35,398 nt of DNA, taken from NCBI GenBank assembly GCA_937915045.1, contig CALDNM010000001.1:1-35398 (forward strand). The letters are read 5' to 3'. This document shows positions 17,723 to 26,762 of this stretch, one piece after another (the first letter of the stretch is position 1; each line of letters begins with the position of its first letter). The notes beneath the pieces were generated by a model. That model did not search any database. It was not told where the DNA came from and saw nothing but the letters and a program-made list of their open reading frames with translations. The DNA is from an uncultured Clostridia bacterium. Its GTDB lineage: Bacteria; Bacillota; Clostridia; Peptostreptococcales; Anaerovoracaceae. The position numbers and the translations under genes are program-made.

Positions 17723-18580
17723 TTATTCGCTGATGAAATTGTCGATCAGTCTTGTCTTCCCGATATATACCGCGACCGCGCAGAGGAGCGGACCGTCCGC
17801 TGTTTCTATCGGCTCGAGCCCCGGCCAGCTTACTGCTTCCACGTAGTCGATCTTCGCGAGAGGTTCGCTCTCGATGACTTTGCGGATCGTTGCAGTAATG
17901 GCATCAGCAGTAACAGGGCTGCCCGAAGTGACCGCGCTGCCGAGCATCGCGCGGCCTTCACCAAGCGCCTTTGACAGTATCGTCGCGGCCGCGCGTTCAT
18001 TGGCACTGAGATAAGTATTGCGCGAGCTTTTAGCCAGGCCATCCGCTTCACGGATGCTCGGGCAGCCGATGATCTCAGTATCAAAATTAAGATCGCTGAC
18101 CATATGCATTATTACCGCGAGCTGCTGCGCGTCCTTCTGTCCGAAATACGCGCGGTCCGGCGTCGTGATGTTCAGCAGCTTGGTGATGACCGTGCAGACG
18201 CCGCGGAAATGTATCGGGCGAGTCCTGCCGCAAAGCCCTCCTGTGAGAGTCGTCATATCCACAAAAGATGAAAAATCATCATTGTACATTTCTGACGGCG
18301 CAGGATGGAATATCACATCCGCTCCCGCGCTCTCGCAGAGCTTCTCATCCTGATCGAGATCCCGCGGATAGCTTCCCAGATCCTCCGACGGGCCGAACTG
18401 CATCGGGTTCACGAAATCACTTACGATCACCCTGTCGTTACTGCTGACGGCGCGCTCGATGAGCGACTTGTGTCCCTCGTGCAGGAATCCCATCGTCGGG
18501 ACGAGTCCTACTGAAAGACCGGCCGCTCTCCATTCGCTGACTATGTTTCTTATTTCATCTATTTTTTCTGTGATCTTCAT
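17723..18580 (-). CDS. panC: Pantoate--beta-alanine ligase
   Basis: VPTMGFLHEGHKSLI (HxGH motif), 285 aa, located in a pan operon. Confidence 0.93.
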   Translation of the reverse strand: MKITEKIDEIRNIVSEWRAAGLSVGLVPTMGFLHEGHKSLIERAVSSNDRVIVSDFVNPMQFGPSEDLGSYPRDLDQDEKLCESAGADVIFHPAPSEMYNDDFSSFVDMTTLTGGLCGRTRPIHFRGVCTVITKLLNITTPDRAYFGQKDAQQLAVIMHMVSDLNFDTEIIGCPSIREADGLAKSSRNTYLSANERAAATILSKALGEGRAMLGSAVTSGSPVTADAITATIRKVIESEPLAKIDYVEAVSWPGLEPIETADGPLLCAVAVYIGKTRLIDNFISE

Positions 18581-18617
18581 TTTACGCCTTCTTTGTGTTT
18601 AGTATAATTTTTGTTCT

Positions 18618-19445
18618 TTAATATAATTTGCTCAGGACGCTCTCGTCCATCGCGAATGTGTGCTCTTCCGCCGGGAACGTGCCCGCCTTCACTTCGTCGA
18701 TATAATCCTTGAAGCCCTGCTTCATCACCTTGCCCGCGTCCGCGAAGCTCTTGACGAATTTCGGGCAGTAATCCGAGAACATCCCCAGCATGTCCGCGTA
18801 GACGAGTATCTGTCCGTCGCAGCCTGCTCCCGCGCCGATGCCGATCGTCGGTATGTCGAGTTTCGCGGTAATGAGTGCCGCCAGTGGTGCCGGGACGCAC
18901 TCGAGTGTGAGGCCGAACGCGCCGGCTTCCTGCACTGCCATCGCTTCTTCGAGGAGCTGCTTCGCCGCCTCTTCCGATTTTCCCTGCACCTTGTAACCGC
19001 CGAACGCGTTGATCGACTGCGGTGTGAGACCGAGGTGCGCCATGACCGGGATCTCCGCGTCAGTGATCGCCCTGATCTGCGGGCACACCCTCGTGCCGCC
19101 TTCGAGCTTGACCGCGTTCGCGCCGCCCTCCTTCATCAGGCGTCCCGCGTTGACTACCGCGTCGTACACCGATGCCTGATATGACATGAACGGCATATCA
19201 ACTACGATGAGCGTGTTCTTCGCGCCGCGGGCGACCGCCGCGCCGTGGTGGATCATATCCTCGACCGTTACTTGTATAGTGTCCTCATATCCCAGGACTA
19301 CATTGCCGAGCGAGTCGCCTACCAGGATGCCGTCGATACCGGCTTCATCTTCGAGCTTCGCTGTGGAATAATCATATGCTGTGAGCATGGTGAGTTTCTC
19401 ACCGTCTTCTTTCGCCTTGCGAAATGTTGAGACTGTCTTTTTCAT
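18618..19445 (-). CDS. panB: 3-methyl-2-oxobutanoate hydroxymethyltransferase
   Basis: LTAYDY....[17 protein letters not shown], 275 aa. ATGA overlap with the upstream gene. Confidence 0.93.
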   Translation of the reverse strand: MKKTVSTFRKAKEDGEKLTMLTAYDYSTAKLEDEAGIDGILVGDSLGNVVLGYEDTIQVTVEDMIHHGAAVARGAKNTLIVVDMPFMSYQASVYDAVVNAGRLMKEGGANAVKLEGGTRVCPQIRAITDAEIPVMAHLGLTPQSINAFGGYKVQGKSEEAAKQLLEEAMAVQEAGAFGLTLECVPAPLAALITAKLDIPTIGIGAGAGCDGQILVYADMLGMFSDYCPKFVKSFADAGKVMKQGFKDYIDEVKAGTFPAEEHTFAMDESVLSKLY

Positions 19446-20290
19446 AGTTCCTCCATTTGTGTGTAATCTCTGTCCGGGTTTTTCTGCCTGGCCAGTTCAA
19501 CGAGTTTAGATTTGATGTCCTTGTAGATGGCGAGCTCCGCCTCGGTGCCCGCGCTCCGGCTGAGGTCCGCGATATGCGACGCCACTGTCTGGATGTCGTT
19601 CCGTTCCACGGGTCCTGTGAGTGACTCAGCGCACCCGCGGCTGAATACAGAATCGACATTGTTCTTCGTCAGCGGGCCGATGATGCTGTAAGCGTCCTCG
19701 TCGCTGAAACCGCACGAGTTCAGAAGGTCCACGGATGACCGCAAAAGGCCGACTACCATGTTGCTGGCAAAGACCGTCGCGGCGTGGTACCTCGTCTTTT
19801 CGGACGATGCCACAGTCATGACCTTGTTGCCGCAGCCCTCAAAAAGCGCGCGCAGCAAAATTACTGCCTCGGGATCGCCCTCAGCTGTGATGCGTGCCGT
19901 ATCGAATTTTTTGTATGATGAGAATCTGTCCGAAAACGCGTAGATCGGATGGAATGAGCACCCATGTGCTCCGGTCGATCTGATATCGGAAAATACTTCA
20001 GATGATAATGAGCCACTGAAATGACATACGATCTTTCCCCTGATGTCATATTTAGCGATGCGATCCCAGGCTCTTTTTATCTCACCGTCCGGTGTAGTGA
20101 TAAAAATGGTATCACTCGCGCTGATCAGATCTTCCTGCTCGTCAAAGCAGGTCGTATCTGTGAACTCTGCCGCGTCCGCGGCGCTTTGTCTTGTCTTGCT
20201 GCAGAAACCGGAGACCTCGGCGCCGTTCTCCCTGAGATACTTTCCCAGTGAAGTGCCGACCTTGCCCGCTCCGATGATGCCTATCTTCAT
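19442..20290 (-). CDS. Rossmann + DUF2520-type oxidoreductase, probable PanG-type ketopantoate reductase
   Basis: ATG at 20290 with AGAGGTGG RBS and [12 protein letters not shown]. It is the first gene of the pan operon and translationally coupled to panB. The family assignment is from memory (COG5495/PanG). Confidence 0.6.
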   Translation of the reverse strand: MKIGIIGAGKVGTSLGKYLRENGAEVSGFCSKTRQSAADAAEFTDTTCFDEQEDLISASDTIFITTPDGEIKRAWDRIAKYDIRGKIVCHFSGSLSSEVFSDIRSTGAHGCSFHPIYAFSDRFSSYKKFDTARITAEGDPEAVILLRALFEGCGNKVMTVASSEKTRYHAATVFASNMVVGLLRSSVDLLNSCGFSDEDAYSIIGPLTKNNVDSVFSRGCAESLTGPVERNDIQTVASHIADLSRSAGTEAELAIYKDIKSKLVELARQKNPDRDYTQMEEL

Positions 20291-20376
20291 GCGACCACCT
20301 CTTTCCGTATAAGGTGGCACATCATCATCTGATGCAGTTTCCTTTCAGAATACCGCTCATTTTTTCAGCCGCGGAA

Positions 20377-20405
20377 ATCATATCATAAATCGCCGCTCCG
20401 TTCAA
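20377..20405 (-). promoter_or_regulatory. Promoter of the pan operon
   Basis: On the minus strand: TTGAAC (20405-20400), a 17-nt spacer, then TATGAT (20382-20377). Confidence 0.5.
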
Positions 20406-20413
20406 GGAAAATC

Positions 20414-20446
20414 AAAAAGCCCCGCGAAGCGTAACTGCCGCGGGGC
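20414..20446 (-). terminator. Rho-independent terminator after the Fe-ADH gene
   Basis: The minus-strand RNA is GCCCCGCG-loop-CGCGGGGC followed by UUUUUGAUUUU. Confidence 0.8.
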
Positions 20447-20458
20447 CGCTGATCACTG

Positions 20459-21622
20459 TTATTTGTAAGCGTTTTTGTAAATCGTCAGATAGTCCTCATC
20501 CGAGAGCGTGATCGGGTCTGCAGTAATGTCCCCTCCCAGCACTTCGCGGAGTTTCGCGGGATACAGTTCAAGTTCTTCCGCGGTAATGCCTTCGTCGCTC
20601 ATTTTGAGATCGGCGCAGCCGGCATCTTCTATGAGTTTGTCGAGCGCGCTCACGAAATCCTTCCCGCTCTTCGGCTCTTTCACACCCATAGCTTTTGCCA
20701 TCTTCATCATCTGCTCTTCGCACGCTTTTCTCTCAGCCAGGAAATCGTAATACGCGTGCGATGTCTCTATGAGCCCCGCTCCGTGTACGAGCTCAGGATG
20801 GAAGCTCCCCATAGTATGCTCGATCCTGTGACCGGAAGTGCACATCATATAATACGCGGCGAATGTATTGGCGAGCGCCATGTACGCGCGCGCTTCTTTA
20901 TCGCTCCCGTCCTTCACCGCGTGCGGCAGATATTTCGCGACATATTCGATCGTCTTGAGCGCGAACATCTCCGCCATCGGATGGACGTTCTTGTTTATGA
21001 CCGTTTCCGACGCGTGGAAAAACGCGTCCATGCCCTGATACGCGGTGAGCCGCGGCGGCACTGTCATCATGAGGTCGCTGTCGACAACTGAGATCGTCGG
21101 GAACATCGACGGGAAAAAGATCGCTGTTTTTTCATTCATTACATCATCCGAAATGACAGCCCCCGCGTCAGCCTCGCTCCCGGTGCCGGCCGATGTGGTG
21201 ATCGCGACGATCGGAAGCGCGTCATTTTCCGCCCGCTTCTTTCCGCCCTTCGCGCTGAAGGAATAATCCCAGAGATCACCATCGTTCGCCGCCATGAGCG
21301 CGATGCATTTGCTGCAGTCCATGACCGACCCGCCGCCAAGCGCGACGATAAAGTCACAATCATTTTCACGCATCATCGCGGCACCGTCCATTACATTATC
21401 CCTCGTCGGGTTCGGCCTTACTTCATCGAATAGAAGATGATCCACCCCCGCCTGATCGAGCTCTTTCTCGACCCTCTCGAGGTAACCGTATTTTTTCGTC
21501 GAGCTCCCGTTCGAAGTCGCGATCAGCGCCTTCCTGCCAGGCAGTTTTTTCTTATGAAGCTCATTTAATTTGCCCGGGCCGAAGAGTATCTTCGTCGGCA
21601 TATCAAAATCAAAATAGTACAT
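20459..21622 (-). CDS. Iron-containing (group III) alcohol dehydrogenase
   Basis: ATG at 21622 with AAGGAG RBS. GGGSVMDCSK motif and conserved His-rich C-terminal half. Confidence 0.88.
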   Translation of the reverse strand: MYYFDFDMPTKILFGPGKLNELHKKKLPGRKALIATSNGSSTKKYGYLERVEKELDQAGVDHLLFDEVRPNPTRDNVMDGAAMMRENDCDFIVALGGGSVMDCSKCIALMAANDGDLWDYSFSAKGGKKRAENDALPIVAITTSAGTGSEADAGAVISDDVMNEKTAIFFPSMFPTISVVDSDLMMTVPPRLTAYQGMDAFFHASETVINKNVHPMAEMFALKTIEYVAKYLPHAVKDGSDKEARAYMALANTFAAYYMMCTSGHRIEHTMGSFHPELVHGAGLIETSHAYYDFLAERKACEEQMMKMAKAMGVKEPKSGKDFVSALDKLIEDAGCADLKMSDEGITAEELELYPAKLREVLGGDITADPITLSDEDYLTIYKNAYK

Positions 21623-21654
21623 GTTCAACACTCCTTTTCGTTTTGTCTTATAAG

Positions 21655-22215
21655 TTAAAGGCTCTGAAGATCCACCTTCCATTTTTTGAGCAGATCTCCG
21701 CCTATTACTGCAGTCATGAACTCGCGCATTTCTTCGATATCGACCATGCCGCCGTATACCATAAAATCAAAGATGCCGCCCGGCTCGCTCGTCACGATCG
21801 GCGCGTAATCGAATCCGTTCTTCTTGTAAAAAGCCGCCCTTCTTTTTCGATTTTCGATATCGCGTACAGGCTCCCTGGTCGTCTCTATCTGCAGTGATAT
21901 CTTGTGCTCCGGATATTCTTCCGCCAGATGTCCAAGTATCCTGCTGCCGTACCCATGTCCTCTCACGCTCTTCGAAATCGCGAGGAAAAGCGCCATGACG
22001 TTCACGTCGTCATTTACGATATATATCGAGCCCACAAAACGGTCTTCGCCGTCTATAGTATCCTCGTAAACCAGCGCTGAACCGCGGCCTTCTCTTACGA
22101 GCGCCGCGAGATCTTCCTCCGGGAAACATTCCGCGGGCGGGAACGCCTCATGATATATATCTATCATCTCGCTGTAATACTTATGCCTTCTGCTGTCTAC
22201 CTCTAACTGACGCAT
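21655..22215 (-). CDS. GNAT-family N-acetyltransferase
   Basis: AAGGAGAAGG RBS. VRGHGYGSRIL (R/Q-x-x-G-x-G/A acetyl-CoA motif) and FYKKNGF. Confidence 0.8.
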   Translation of the reverse strand: MRQLEVDSRRHKYYSEMIDIYHEAFPPAECFPEEDLAALVREGRGSALVYEDTIDGEDRFVGSIYIVNDDVNVMALFLAISKSVRGHGYGSRILGHLAEEYPEHKISLQIETTREPVRDIENRKRRAAFYKKNGFDYAPIVTSEPGGIFDFMVYGGMVDIEEMREFMTAVIGGDLLKKWKVDLQSL

Positions 22216-22273
22216 GACCTTCTCCTTGTTGTTTTCTCTGATATCACGAATGTATCCGCATAGTATATCATAT

Positions 22274-23629
22274 TTACTTCTTTCTCTCGAACATTATCGG
22301 CGAGACAGCCGTTTCAAACGGGACATCGAATTTCGAAATGCTTCCGTCATAAGGATCTGTGTAGAATGTGGCAGGCGCGTCGACCACCATAGTGTCCATC
22401 TTTATATGACGCATTTTAAAAATGTCGTAATGGTAGTGAGTCATCGGCTGCTCCATGCCGCGGAATTTTGCTTTCAGTCCGTCGCCGTCTTTTTCTATGA
22501 CGATCTTCCCGTATCCCGGATTCCAGTACTCGCCTGTATAAGCGTCGAGCTCGTGCGACAGCTTAGTGCCCGGCACTGGAGCGTCCGGCAGCAGATCGAT
22601 CATTTCATCACCGTAGAATCCTCCCCATTTACCGATCTGACCTTTGAAAAACTCCGACCAGTCCCTGGTCTTTTCCACCCCGAGCACATTGTCGAGTATA
22701 GTGAACAGGATCGACTGCTCCATCAGCTCAGCCGAATTGTGATTGTTGATCATGATCATGACGCCCGTATTCTTTTTCGGCAGGAAGCACATCATCGAGC
22801 AGTAACCCTCGACTTGTCCGATGTGATATACGAGGTCGTTCCCTCTGTAATGGTCTTCCATCCATCCCATGCTGTAACCCTGAGTCGGTGCCGTCTCATC
22901 GAGCTGCACGCTCAGTACAGGGAATGGGACTGCCCATCTGTGCATCTCTTCCATCTGCTCTTTCGAGATCAGCTGCTTCCCGTTCCATTCGCCCATGTTC
23001 AGATGGAACTGCAGCCACTTCAGCATATCGTCGACGCATGAATTGATGGCCGCGCACGGCTCTCCCGGACTCACGCACCAATTCTTTATCTTGCAGATAG
23101 TGCCGTCCTCCATACGCCAGTGCGGCTCCGCGATATCGCTGCTCGCGCGAAGTTCAGGGATAGTCGTGTTGCTGTTCGTCATTCCGAGCGGCGAGAATAT
23201 CCATTCCCTGATGAGATCGTCCCACTTCTTTCCCGAGACACGTTCCGCGATATATCCGATCATCGTGTAGATCACATTGTTGTACTGGGTCTCCGTACGC
23301 ATAGGCACGTTCGGCTCTATATACCGCAGCCTCCTGAACAGCTCCGCGCGGTCGATCTCGTCGGTATAAAGCGCGTCATGCCCGGGAACGCCGGTGCGGT
23401 GGTTCAGCATATCGCGTATCGTGCATGCCCTGGTAGTGTATTCATCGTACATCCTGAAATCCGGCAGATACTCTACTATCGGTGTGTCGTATTCCATTTT
23501 CCCCTGGTCCACCAGCATCGCGATGATCGCCGCGGTAAATGATTTTGTGCACGAGGCGATGCCGAACAGTGACTGCGAGTCGAGCTTTGTTTTTTTCTCG
23601 ACGTCAGCCAGACCGTATCCCGCGTTCAA
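22274..23629 (-). CDS. Serine hydrolase, beta-lactamase/PBP4*-family (5' end apparently frameshifted)
   Basis: SCTKSF (SxxK) and YNN (YxN) motifs. The listed start is an internal TTG. The frame is open upstream (SGGTSYGKSKYYFNGFDYAPIVVIKDGETL) with no start codon, while an ATG at 23703 with an AGGAGG RBS is out of frame. Confidence 0.75.
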   Translation of the reverse strand: MNAGYGLADVEKKTKLDSQSLFGIASCTKSFTAAIIAMLVDQGKMEYDTPIVEYLPDFRMYDEYTTRACTIRDMLNHRTGVPGHDALYTDEIDRAELFRRLRYIEPNVPMRTETQYNNVIYTMIGYIAERVSGKKWDDLIREWIFSPLGMTNSNTTIPELRASSDIAEPHWRMEDGTICKIKNWCVSPGEPCAAINSCVDDMLKWLQFHLNMGEWNGKQLISKEQMEEMHRWAVPFPVLSVQLDETAPTQGYSMGWMEDHYRGNDLVYHIGQVEGYCSMMCFLPKKNTGVMIMINNHNSAELMEQSILFTILDNVLGVEKTRDWSEFFKGQIGKWGGFYGDEMIDLLPDAPVPGTKLSHELDAYTGEYWNPGYGKIVIEKDGDGLKAKFRGMEQPMTHYHYDIFKMRHIKMDTMVVDAPATFYTDPYDGSISKFDVPFETAVSPIMFERKK

Positions 23630-23724
23630 AAGTGTTTCCCCGTCTTTGATGACTACGATCGGCGCGTAATCGAATCCGTTGAAATAATACTTTGATTTTC
23701 CATAAGACGTACCTCCTGATCACT

Positions 23725-23733
23725 ATTATATCA
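23725..23733 (-). promoter_or_regulatory. Candidate extended -10 promoter (TGaTATAAT) for the serine-hydrolase operon
   Basis: Read on the minus strand, about 20 nt upstream of the ATG at 23703. No good -35. Confidence 0.35.
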
Positions 23734-23928
23734 AACATAATATATCATATCCTTAAATATAGCACGAGATCCTTGATCCGGGAGCGCACCACTAAAATCA
23801 TGGCTGCCGTGAGCTTATTACTTGATCAAATGTTTCTTTTCGATTATCCGCCATTCTTCCAATGCTTTTGCTCATTCTTGTTTTTGAAAAACTCTCTAAT
23901 GGACAAATGAAGGTATTTTGAAATCTTC

Positions 23929-24046
23929 CATTGAATCGAGTGGGTTTGCGGGGTCGGGCAGCCGGGATCAGGTGAAAATGACCCGATCTGCCCCTCAAAA
24001 ACTCATTTGAAAGAGTGTCAAACCCGCAACCCCACTCGATCCAATG
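23929..24046. repeat. 118-nt imperfect inverted repeat / structured element
   Basis: The 24-nt arms 23929-23952 and 24023-24046 are 22/24 complementary. An inner hairpin GGGCAG-c-CGGG ... CCCG-at-CTGCCC lies at about 23956-23993. Confidence 0.7.
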
Positions 24047-24147
24047 TAGAATTTTCATATATGCCAATTGTTCCATTGCAAACTAGAATCGCAGTATATT
24101 TTTAAGAGGCAGGCCCGCGCTGATATGTATTGAATTGACACACTTTT

Positions 24148-24204
24148 AAATACAGCACGATCCCGAGAAGCATATGAGCTCCCCGGGATCCTTTTGCTGT
24201 ATTT
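24148..24204 (-). terminator. Long hairpin after the surface-protein gene (possible terminator)
   Basis: The minus RNA is AAAUACAGCAaaagGAUCCCG ... CGGGAUCgUGCUGUAUUU. The U-tract is only the UUU within the stem end. Confidence 0.4.
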
Positions 24205-24218
24205 GAATCATTTATCGG

Positions 24219-25082
24219 TTATCTTTTTGTCTTTGCGTACACCGCTTTTGATTTAGCAGTGCCCGCCTTGTTGACAGTTTTCACTTTGAACCAGTATTTC
24301 TTGTTGGCACTTAGTTTCTTCACTGTCTTCGAGGTACCTTTCACTGTCCCCGCGTATTTATACTTGCCGGCTTTCTTAGTTGCTTTGTACACCTTGTATG
24401 ATGTCGCGCCGGTCGATTTTGTCCAGCTTATTTTTATCGAATGTTTTCCTGTGGCTTTTGCCTTGACCTTTCCCGGCACTGCCGGTTTGTTCAGTTTCCA
24501 TTTCGCGTAATATGTCTTGCTGCCAGTGTCAGTCTTGCTTATCGCCGTAACTGCGCTGCCCGTGAGTTTCGCGTTGTCATACCACCCGGCGAAGGTGTAT
24601 CCATCCTTCGTCCAGTCAGTCGGAAGCGTCGCTCCGGTCCCCTCAGTATAAGTAGTTATATTTGTCCCGGCCTTTCCGCCGTTACCGTTAAGCGTGACGC
24701 TGTAGGTGCTTGCCGGGACAGCCGCAGCAATAAATGTCTTTGGCAGCCAGGCGCTTCCATCATAATTGGCCACTTTGACCGTATACGTTGAGCCCTGATC
24801 CAGCGAAAGATCATTGAAACTCACATAATACGACTTATCGGTCTGCACGGCCGCGCTTTGAGTCCGGAGTATCGTTGATCCGTCCTTATCATATAGTACA
24901 GCTACAACTGCCAGAGATCCGGTATCTGCAGCCTTTCCTTTAACTGTCACTGCAGCAGTTGTCCCTGACGCGTATACGCTCTGCGGCATTGGCGAAGCAG
25001 CCGCAAATACATTACCGCTGGTGCCTATGCAGATAGTGAAAGTAAATACAAGGGTAACTACTAAACATAATATTTTCTTCAT
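24219..25082 (-). CDS. Secreted surface protein: Ig-like region + Listeria-Bacteroides repeat (Flg_new-type) + FN3 domain
   Basis: AGGAGGTG RBS and a signal peptide. TLNGNGG...GYTFAGWYDN...YAKW is the Flg_new-type repeat. The C-terminal part is FN3-like (IKISWTKSTGATSYKVYKATKKAGKY). Confidence 0.75.
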   Translation of the reverse strand: MKKILCLVVTLVFTFTICIGTSGNVFAAASPMPQSVYASGTTAAVTVKGKAADTGSLAVVAVLYDKDGSTILRTQSAAVQTDKSYYVSFNDLSLDQGSTYTVKVANYDGSAWLPKTFIAAAVPASTYSVTLNGNGGKAGTNITTYTEGTGATLPTDWTKDGYTFAGWYDNAKLTGSAVTAISKTDTGSKTYYAKWKLNKPAVPGKVKAKATGKHSIKISWTKSTGATSYKVYKATKKAGKYKYAGTVKGTSKTVKKLSANKKYWFKVKTVNKAGTAKSKAVYAKTKR

Positions 25083-25095
25083 GATACTTCACCTC

Positions 25096-26502
25096 CTATT
25101 GTGCTGTCCATGTGACGCCGGCACCGGAGCCTAATGTCGCTCCGCCGAATTCAGTTGCTCCAAAAGCGCCCGCTTTAACAGCGATGATCGACACCTTGAC
25201 AGGCTTGTTTGCTTTAGATCCTTTATATACAAGGAAATCATCTTTGTCGGTAAAACCATCTTTTGCAGCTGTAAGAGTACTTGTCTCTAACACTTTTGTC
25301 TCAAGAGAACCATTGGCATATGTCATTGTGCAGTACAGATCTATATTATCATTCTGCGATTTAGCAGCAGGCCAATAGTATGTCGCGTATATTACACAAT
25401 CGTCATTGCCCCAAGTAATAAGTATCCCGGGCTGTGTCCCATGATTGGTATTTGTTTGTCCGTTGCTGTACTCCTGGATATCTATCCCCACACGCTTTAT
25501 AACTACATATCCTGTTTTCTGCTGCCCATTCTCAGTGTATGTGATCGTAAGAGGAACAGAATCATAGTAACCTGAGTTAAAGGTTACGGTATCGGTTCCA
25601 GTTATAGTGACCGCTCCATTCGGCAGATCACAACTTATTCCATCGATAGTCGCTCCATTCAGCCCACCGATAGTGAGCGAATTATATCCGAAAAATGTCT
25701 CTAGCACAAATGGATCACTGCTTGTAGTATTAGTAAATGCCATAAACGGGGTATTTCCAAAATCCCACTTATCTGCCCGCAGAGTCGTCCCGGAACACGT
25801 TGCCATTGCGCCTTCAAAATCAGGCTTATAAACAAATAAATTGAATTGTGAGTCGTCTGCTCTGATCACTTGAAGAGACACGCAGTAATCAGTACTTCCT
25901 GTTATATTGCAGACCTTTGTACCGCCAATATCGATATTTTTGGTATCACGGTCATACTTATCATAGTCTATAGTACAAGTCACATCCGGATAAGTATTCG
26001 GGACATCGTTATTATCCCTTGTCCCTAAGGTTATTAAATAATACTTCGCGGTGCCACTTTTTGTTGCCTTTATAAGGATCTGCTCGGCCTTTTCCATTTT
26101 ATAAATGTATCCCACCGCCGTAGTATTATCCCCTAATACAACTGAAACTTTATAACAATCAAGATCAACAGTACTGCCATCATCCTTTGTTACATTAAGC
26201 TTGGAATTATTATTCGAAACCGTCGTTGCTGCTGTAACAGCAGTTTCATCCGCAAAAGTGCCTTGGAATTCATGATTAACAATATCCCACAATTGAGTAG
26301 CAAATTGCGTTTTAAGTTCGCTCTTAATTGTTTCCTCGGTCGCATTTTCTGTTGCTGCATACGCAAATACTTTTCCTCCAATACGCTTCGATAATCCCGC
26401 ATAATCAGTGCCATCAGCAAACACTGCCGTCGGCATTGTCGGTGCCATAAATAGCAGCATACATAACACTGCCACAAAAGCTGTTATTCGTTTCTTAAGC
26501 AT
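25096..26502 (-). CDS. Secreted protein of unknown function (468 aa)
   Basis: ATG at 26502 with AAGGAGAGG RBS. Signal peptide MLKKRITAFVAVLCMLLFMAPTMPTAVFA. I recognise no domain. It is more AT-rich than the flanking core genes. Confidence 0.7.
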   Translation of the reverse strand: MLKKRITAFVAVLCMLLFMAPTMPTAVFADGTDYAGLSKRIGGKVFAYAATENATEETIKSELKTQFATQLWDIVNHEFQGTFADETAVTAATTVSNNNSKLNVTKDDGSTVDLDCYKVSVVLGDNTTAVGYIYKMEKAEQILIKATKSGTAKYYLITLGTRDNNDVPNTYPDVTCTIDYDKYDRDTKNIDIGGTKVCNITGSTDYCVSLQVIRADDSQFNLFVYKPDFEGAMATCSGTTLRADKWDFGNTPFMAFTNTTSSDPFVLETFFGYNSLTIGGLNGATIDGISCDLPNGAVTITGTDTVTFNSGYYDSVPLTITYTENGQQKTGYVVIKRVGIDIQEYSNGQTNTNHGTQPGILITWGNDDCVIYATYYWPAAKSQNDNIDLYCTMTYANGSLETKVLETSTLTAAKDGFTDKDDFLVYKGSKANKPVKVSIIAVKAGAFGATEFGGATLGSGAGVTWTAQ

Positions 26503-26648
26503 ATTATCCTCTCCTTTCATGTCCTCCCCATTTCCCCCAAACAGTGAAGAATAATACATCATATAAATATTGGAATTTGTAAGTTATGTAAATTTTCATA
26601 TTAAATGTAGCTTTACTATACTATAAATTTAGTCTAATTGTGATTATT

Positions 26649-26661
26649 TGACAAATTGTCA
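26649..26661. promoter_or_regulatory. 13-bp palindrome TGACAAaTTGTCA in a divergent promoter region, with a related direct repeat nearby
   Basis: Read directly. AATTGTCATTGAC and AATTGTACTTTGAC follow within 40 bp. Confidence 0.45.
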
Positions 26662-26683
26662 TTGACTCCCCGGTAATTGTACT

Positions 26684-26710
26684 TTGACTTTAAAAATGCT
26701 ATTCTATAAT
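26684..26710 (+). promoter_or_regulatory. Candidate promoter of the 577-aa HTH gene
   Basis: TTGACT (26684-26689) and TATAAT (26705-26710), but the spacer is only 15 nt. Confidence 0.35.
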
Positions 26711-26762
26711 CAAATTAGATTTTTCTCGATTTCTAAAATAAATATCAGGAAAGGGTGATGAA

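Noticed and set aside
23953-24022. TPP-riboswitch-like ACCTGATC string on the minus strand of the structured element
   Set aside because: The obligatory CTGAGA and thi-box context is absent. The downstream genes are unrelated to thiamine.
23798-24076. 92-aa minus-strand ORF
   Set aside because: It has no RBS and overlaps the long inverted repeat. Its composition looks like translated intergenic DNA.
927-24199. Shared 13-mer GATCCTTTTGCTG between the 20-bp repeats (927-939) and the hairpin at 24187-24199, as evidence for matching transposon ends
   Set aside because: In a 35-kb window roughly 10-20 chance 13-nt matches are expected when both strands are counted. The surrounding similarity is weak.
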